DNA of 64,000 nucleotides from a virus (Duplodnaviria; Heunggongvirae; Uroviricota; Caudoviricetes): IMG/VR virus record IMGVR_UViG_3300006226_000014, positions 24,804 to 88,803 of that record; one strand, 5' to 3'. Shown piece by piece: positions 62,374 to 64,000 of this stretch (position 1 is its first letter; each line of letters starts with the position of its first letter). The notes under the pieces were generated by a model. It saw only the letters and a program-made list of their open reading frames with translations, ran no database searches and was not told where the DNA came from. The position numbers and the translations under genes were made by a program.

Positions 62374-62504
62374 TGAAAGATACTTTCAAAGACGACATTA
62401 AAAAAGTAATAAATGAATATTTGGAAGAAGGCGGTTATTCTGTTAATGATATCGTCTATCTCTTACAATCAGTTGCCAAAGAATTAGATGAGGAAATAAA
62501 ATGA
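62373..62504 (+). CDS. Hypothetical small acidic protein (43 aa).
   Basis: TAATG and ATGA junctions on both sides. Confidence 0.3.
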   Translation: MKDTFKDDIKKVINEYLEEGGYSVNDIVYLLQSVAKELDEEIK

Positions 62505-62806
62505 AATATAATTTAGTCGGACAAGACGGAAATGCTTTTGCTCTTATGGCTTACACGTCTAAGGCAATGAAAGAGCAAGGATTTTCTAAAGGCGATATTA
62601 ACCATGTAATAGAAGACGCAATGGCAAGCAACTATAACAATCTTATCTTTGTACTAGATTGCGCAATTCAGAAGTGTAATCTTCGTGCAGATGGGATGAT
62701 GCCTGACTATTGTGAGTGTTGCGGAGCTGAACTGAATAAGTATGCTGACTGTATAGATGGTGCTTGGCACTGTGAAGACTGCGCTTATGAGGCGGTAAAT
62801 GGTTGA
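62501..62806 (+). CDS. Cys-rich zinc-ribbon protein (101 aa).
   Basis: CECCG ... C ... CEDC. Confidence 0.5.
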   Translation: MKYNLVGQDGNAFALMAYTSKAMKEQGFSKGDINHVIEDAMASNYNNLIFVLDCAIQKCNLRADGMMPDYCECCGAELNKYADCIDGAWHCEDCAYEAVNG

Positions 62807-63068
62807 GTTCATATCATATAGTGGAAGGTATCCTTGTCTTTGTTTTGGTACTCTTGTGATAAAAGTTGACGGAAAGGAATATTCGCTTGATGGCGGACTT
62901 CGTTCTGGTGGCTCAGTTTGGTTTGACGATGGTTGGTCTGAACATGTTGAGTCGGGTGAATGGCGAGGAATTAGTTGTTTACCGGAAGAACTGAAACAAT
63001 ATGAAGATGAGATTCTTCGAGTCGTAAACGATAACGTATCTTACGGTTGTTGTGGAGGATGTGTATGA
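62799..63068 (+). CDS. Cys-rich protein (89 aa).
   Basis: CLC ... CCGGCV. Confidence 0.45.
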   Translation: MVEFISYSGRYPCLCFGTLVIKVDGKEYSLDGGLRSGGSVWFDDGWSEHVESGEWRGISCLPEELKQYEDEILRVVNDNVSYGCCGGCV

Positions 63069-63217
63069 AGTTATATGTAGAAGAGAGTGACGGCATATCA
63101 GAACTTGTTATAGTTGATAATGCCGGTGGCTCAAGGTGGTTTAGATTTAGATGGGGAGATCATGTTACTTGGCAGGATCTTATAGAAGTTCTACAGGAGC
63201 TATTTCCTAGTGAGTAG
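63065..63217 (+). CDS. Hypothetical small protein (50 aa).
   Basis: ATGA overlap; open to TAG 63215-63217. Confidence 0.3.
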   Translation: MKLYVEESDGISELVIVDNAGGSRWFRFRWGDHVTWQDLIEVLQELFPSE

Positions 63218-63230
63218 TTAATCTAATAAT

Positions 63231-63467
63231 ATGAAATTATGGAAATGTAGAAATTGTTATGTACTTCCAGAATTATCAACTCTGGAAATGGTTCCACCGT
63301 CTTATCAATACGAATGTACTCAATGTGGAATGGCAGCCGCTCACGCTGACACAATAGAAAAAGCTCATGAAAAGTGGAACAAACTAATGAGAGATATCGT
63401 CTTTGGAGAAGACAGCATGGCCGGAGAAGAAGACGAAGAAAACTATTTCGGTTCAGAAGATGACTAA
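63231..63467 (+). CDS. Zinc-ribbon protein (78 aa).
   Basis: CRNC ... CTQCG. Confidence 0.5.
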   Translation: MKLWKCRNCYVLPELSTLEMVPPSYQYECTQCGMAAAHADTIEKAHEKWNKLMRDIVFGEDSMAGEEDEENYFGSEDD

Positions 63468-63727
63468 TGACAATAGAAGAAGTTTATGTTCGCCTAAAAG
63501 GACTAGCAAAACAAAGTGAAAGACAAAAAGATGAATCTTTCGATAAGATAGCTGCATTTAAGTTCTTGCACAATAACATATTAGACCTATTAGATGAAAT
63601 GTCCTATTTAGACGAACAAGATGAACTTCTAGATGATGATTGGTTTGAATCAAAAGATTTTCATGAAGAACATAATCAAGAACAACATCAAGTTAACAAT
63701 GTAATAGATATAGACGACTTAATCTAA
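63467..63727 (+). CDS. Acidic hypothetical protein (86 aa).
   Basis: Track ORF. Confidence 0.45.
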   Translation: MTIEEVYVRLKGLAKQSERQKDESFDKIAAFKFLHNNILDLLDEMSYLDEQDELLDDDWFESKDFHEEHNQEQHQVNNVIDIDDLI

Positions 63728-64000
63728 ATTATACTTTTTAGTATAGTACGGATGATCTTGCAAGCCGAATTTGAACTTTTCGGCTGACGCTAAATGATTC
63801 TTAACATATTTCTCCCACTTTTCATACGGTAGATTTTTTAAGAACTTAACACCCTTATCAAATGTTTCTTTATCTTTTTCCATACCAATGAAATTTCTAC
63901 CAGTAATCACACAAGCGGCAGCAGTTGAGAACGACCCACCAAAGCAGTCTATCACAGTGTCACCTTCATTAGATGATAGCATAATGAGCATAATCAAGAT
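63719..64000 (-). CDS. DNA N6-adenine/N4-cytosine methyltransferase, C-terminal part (partial; the gene continues beyond the window end).
   Basis: Motif I DTVIDCFGGSFSTAAACVITGRNFIGMEKD, of the type found in beta-class amino-methyltransferases. Confidence 0.55.
   Translation of the reverse strand: MLIMLIMLSSNEGDTVIDCFGGSFSTAAACVITGRNFIGMEKDKETFDKGVKFLKNLPYEKWEKYVKNHLASAEKFKFGLQDHPYYTKKYNLD

Noticed and set aside
1-64000. CRISPR arrays, transposases and integrases.
   Set aside because: No direct-repeat and spacer periodicity was seen, and no integrase or transposase motifs were recognised. The only mobile elements I saw are the endonuclease genes.

Overview
This window is a 64-kb stretch of an AT-rich (about 35% GC) tailed dsDNA phage genome. 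It is densely packed, with about 100 genes and short or overlapping junctions (ATGA/TAATG), and it is mostly an accessory and replication region with scattered structural genes. Recognisable genes: an ATP-dependent DNA ligase; a family A DNA polymerase encoded as two ORFs split between motifs A and B; ThyX; a candidate sliding clamp; a Cas4/RecB-like Fe-S nuclease; an RNA-repair set (Rnl2-like ligase, polynucleotide kinase, HD phosphohydrolase, plus a 1002-aa Rnl1-like protein); and three mobile endonucleases (two HNH-NUMOD, one Vsr/DUF559-like) whose composition differs from the rest of the genome. Also present: an Hsp20, an SPFH/band-7 protein, a lipoprotein amino-acid-binding protein, a GNAT, a truncated UDP-glucose dehydrogenase, a GT-A-like glycosyltransferase, an AdoMetDC-fold protein adjacent to a methyltransferase-fold protein and an NMNAT-like nucleotidyltransferase, a ParB-like (DGHHR) protein, a tape-measure-like 1148-aa protein and a partial large fibre-like structural gene of more than 1599 aa. 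A tRNA-Gln(UUG) that the ORF track misses lies at 8478-8550. The most unusual signals are (1) six paralogs sharing an invariant 20-aa N-terminal leader, MK-R-GFVSNSSSSSF, followed by hypervariable acidic bodies; (2) a second leader, MK(T/S/L)FEEIY, on many unrelated proteins, resembling the T4 capsid-targeting sequence; (3) a roughly 50-nt promoter-leader cassette present in five copies; (4) an ACTAA(C/T)TAAT box directly abutting the ATG of about 13 unit-initial genes on both strands; and (5) a GC-rich (about 53% GC) basic-protein moron with its own promoter and terminator. No CRISPR array was seen. All calls rest on reading the sequence and on motif recognition; no searches were run.
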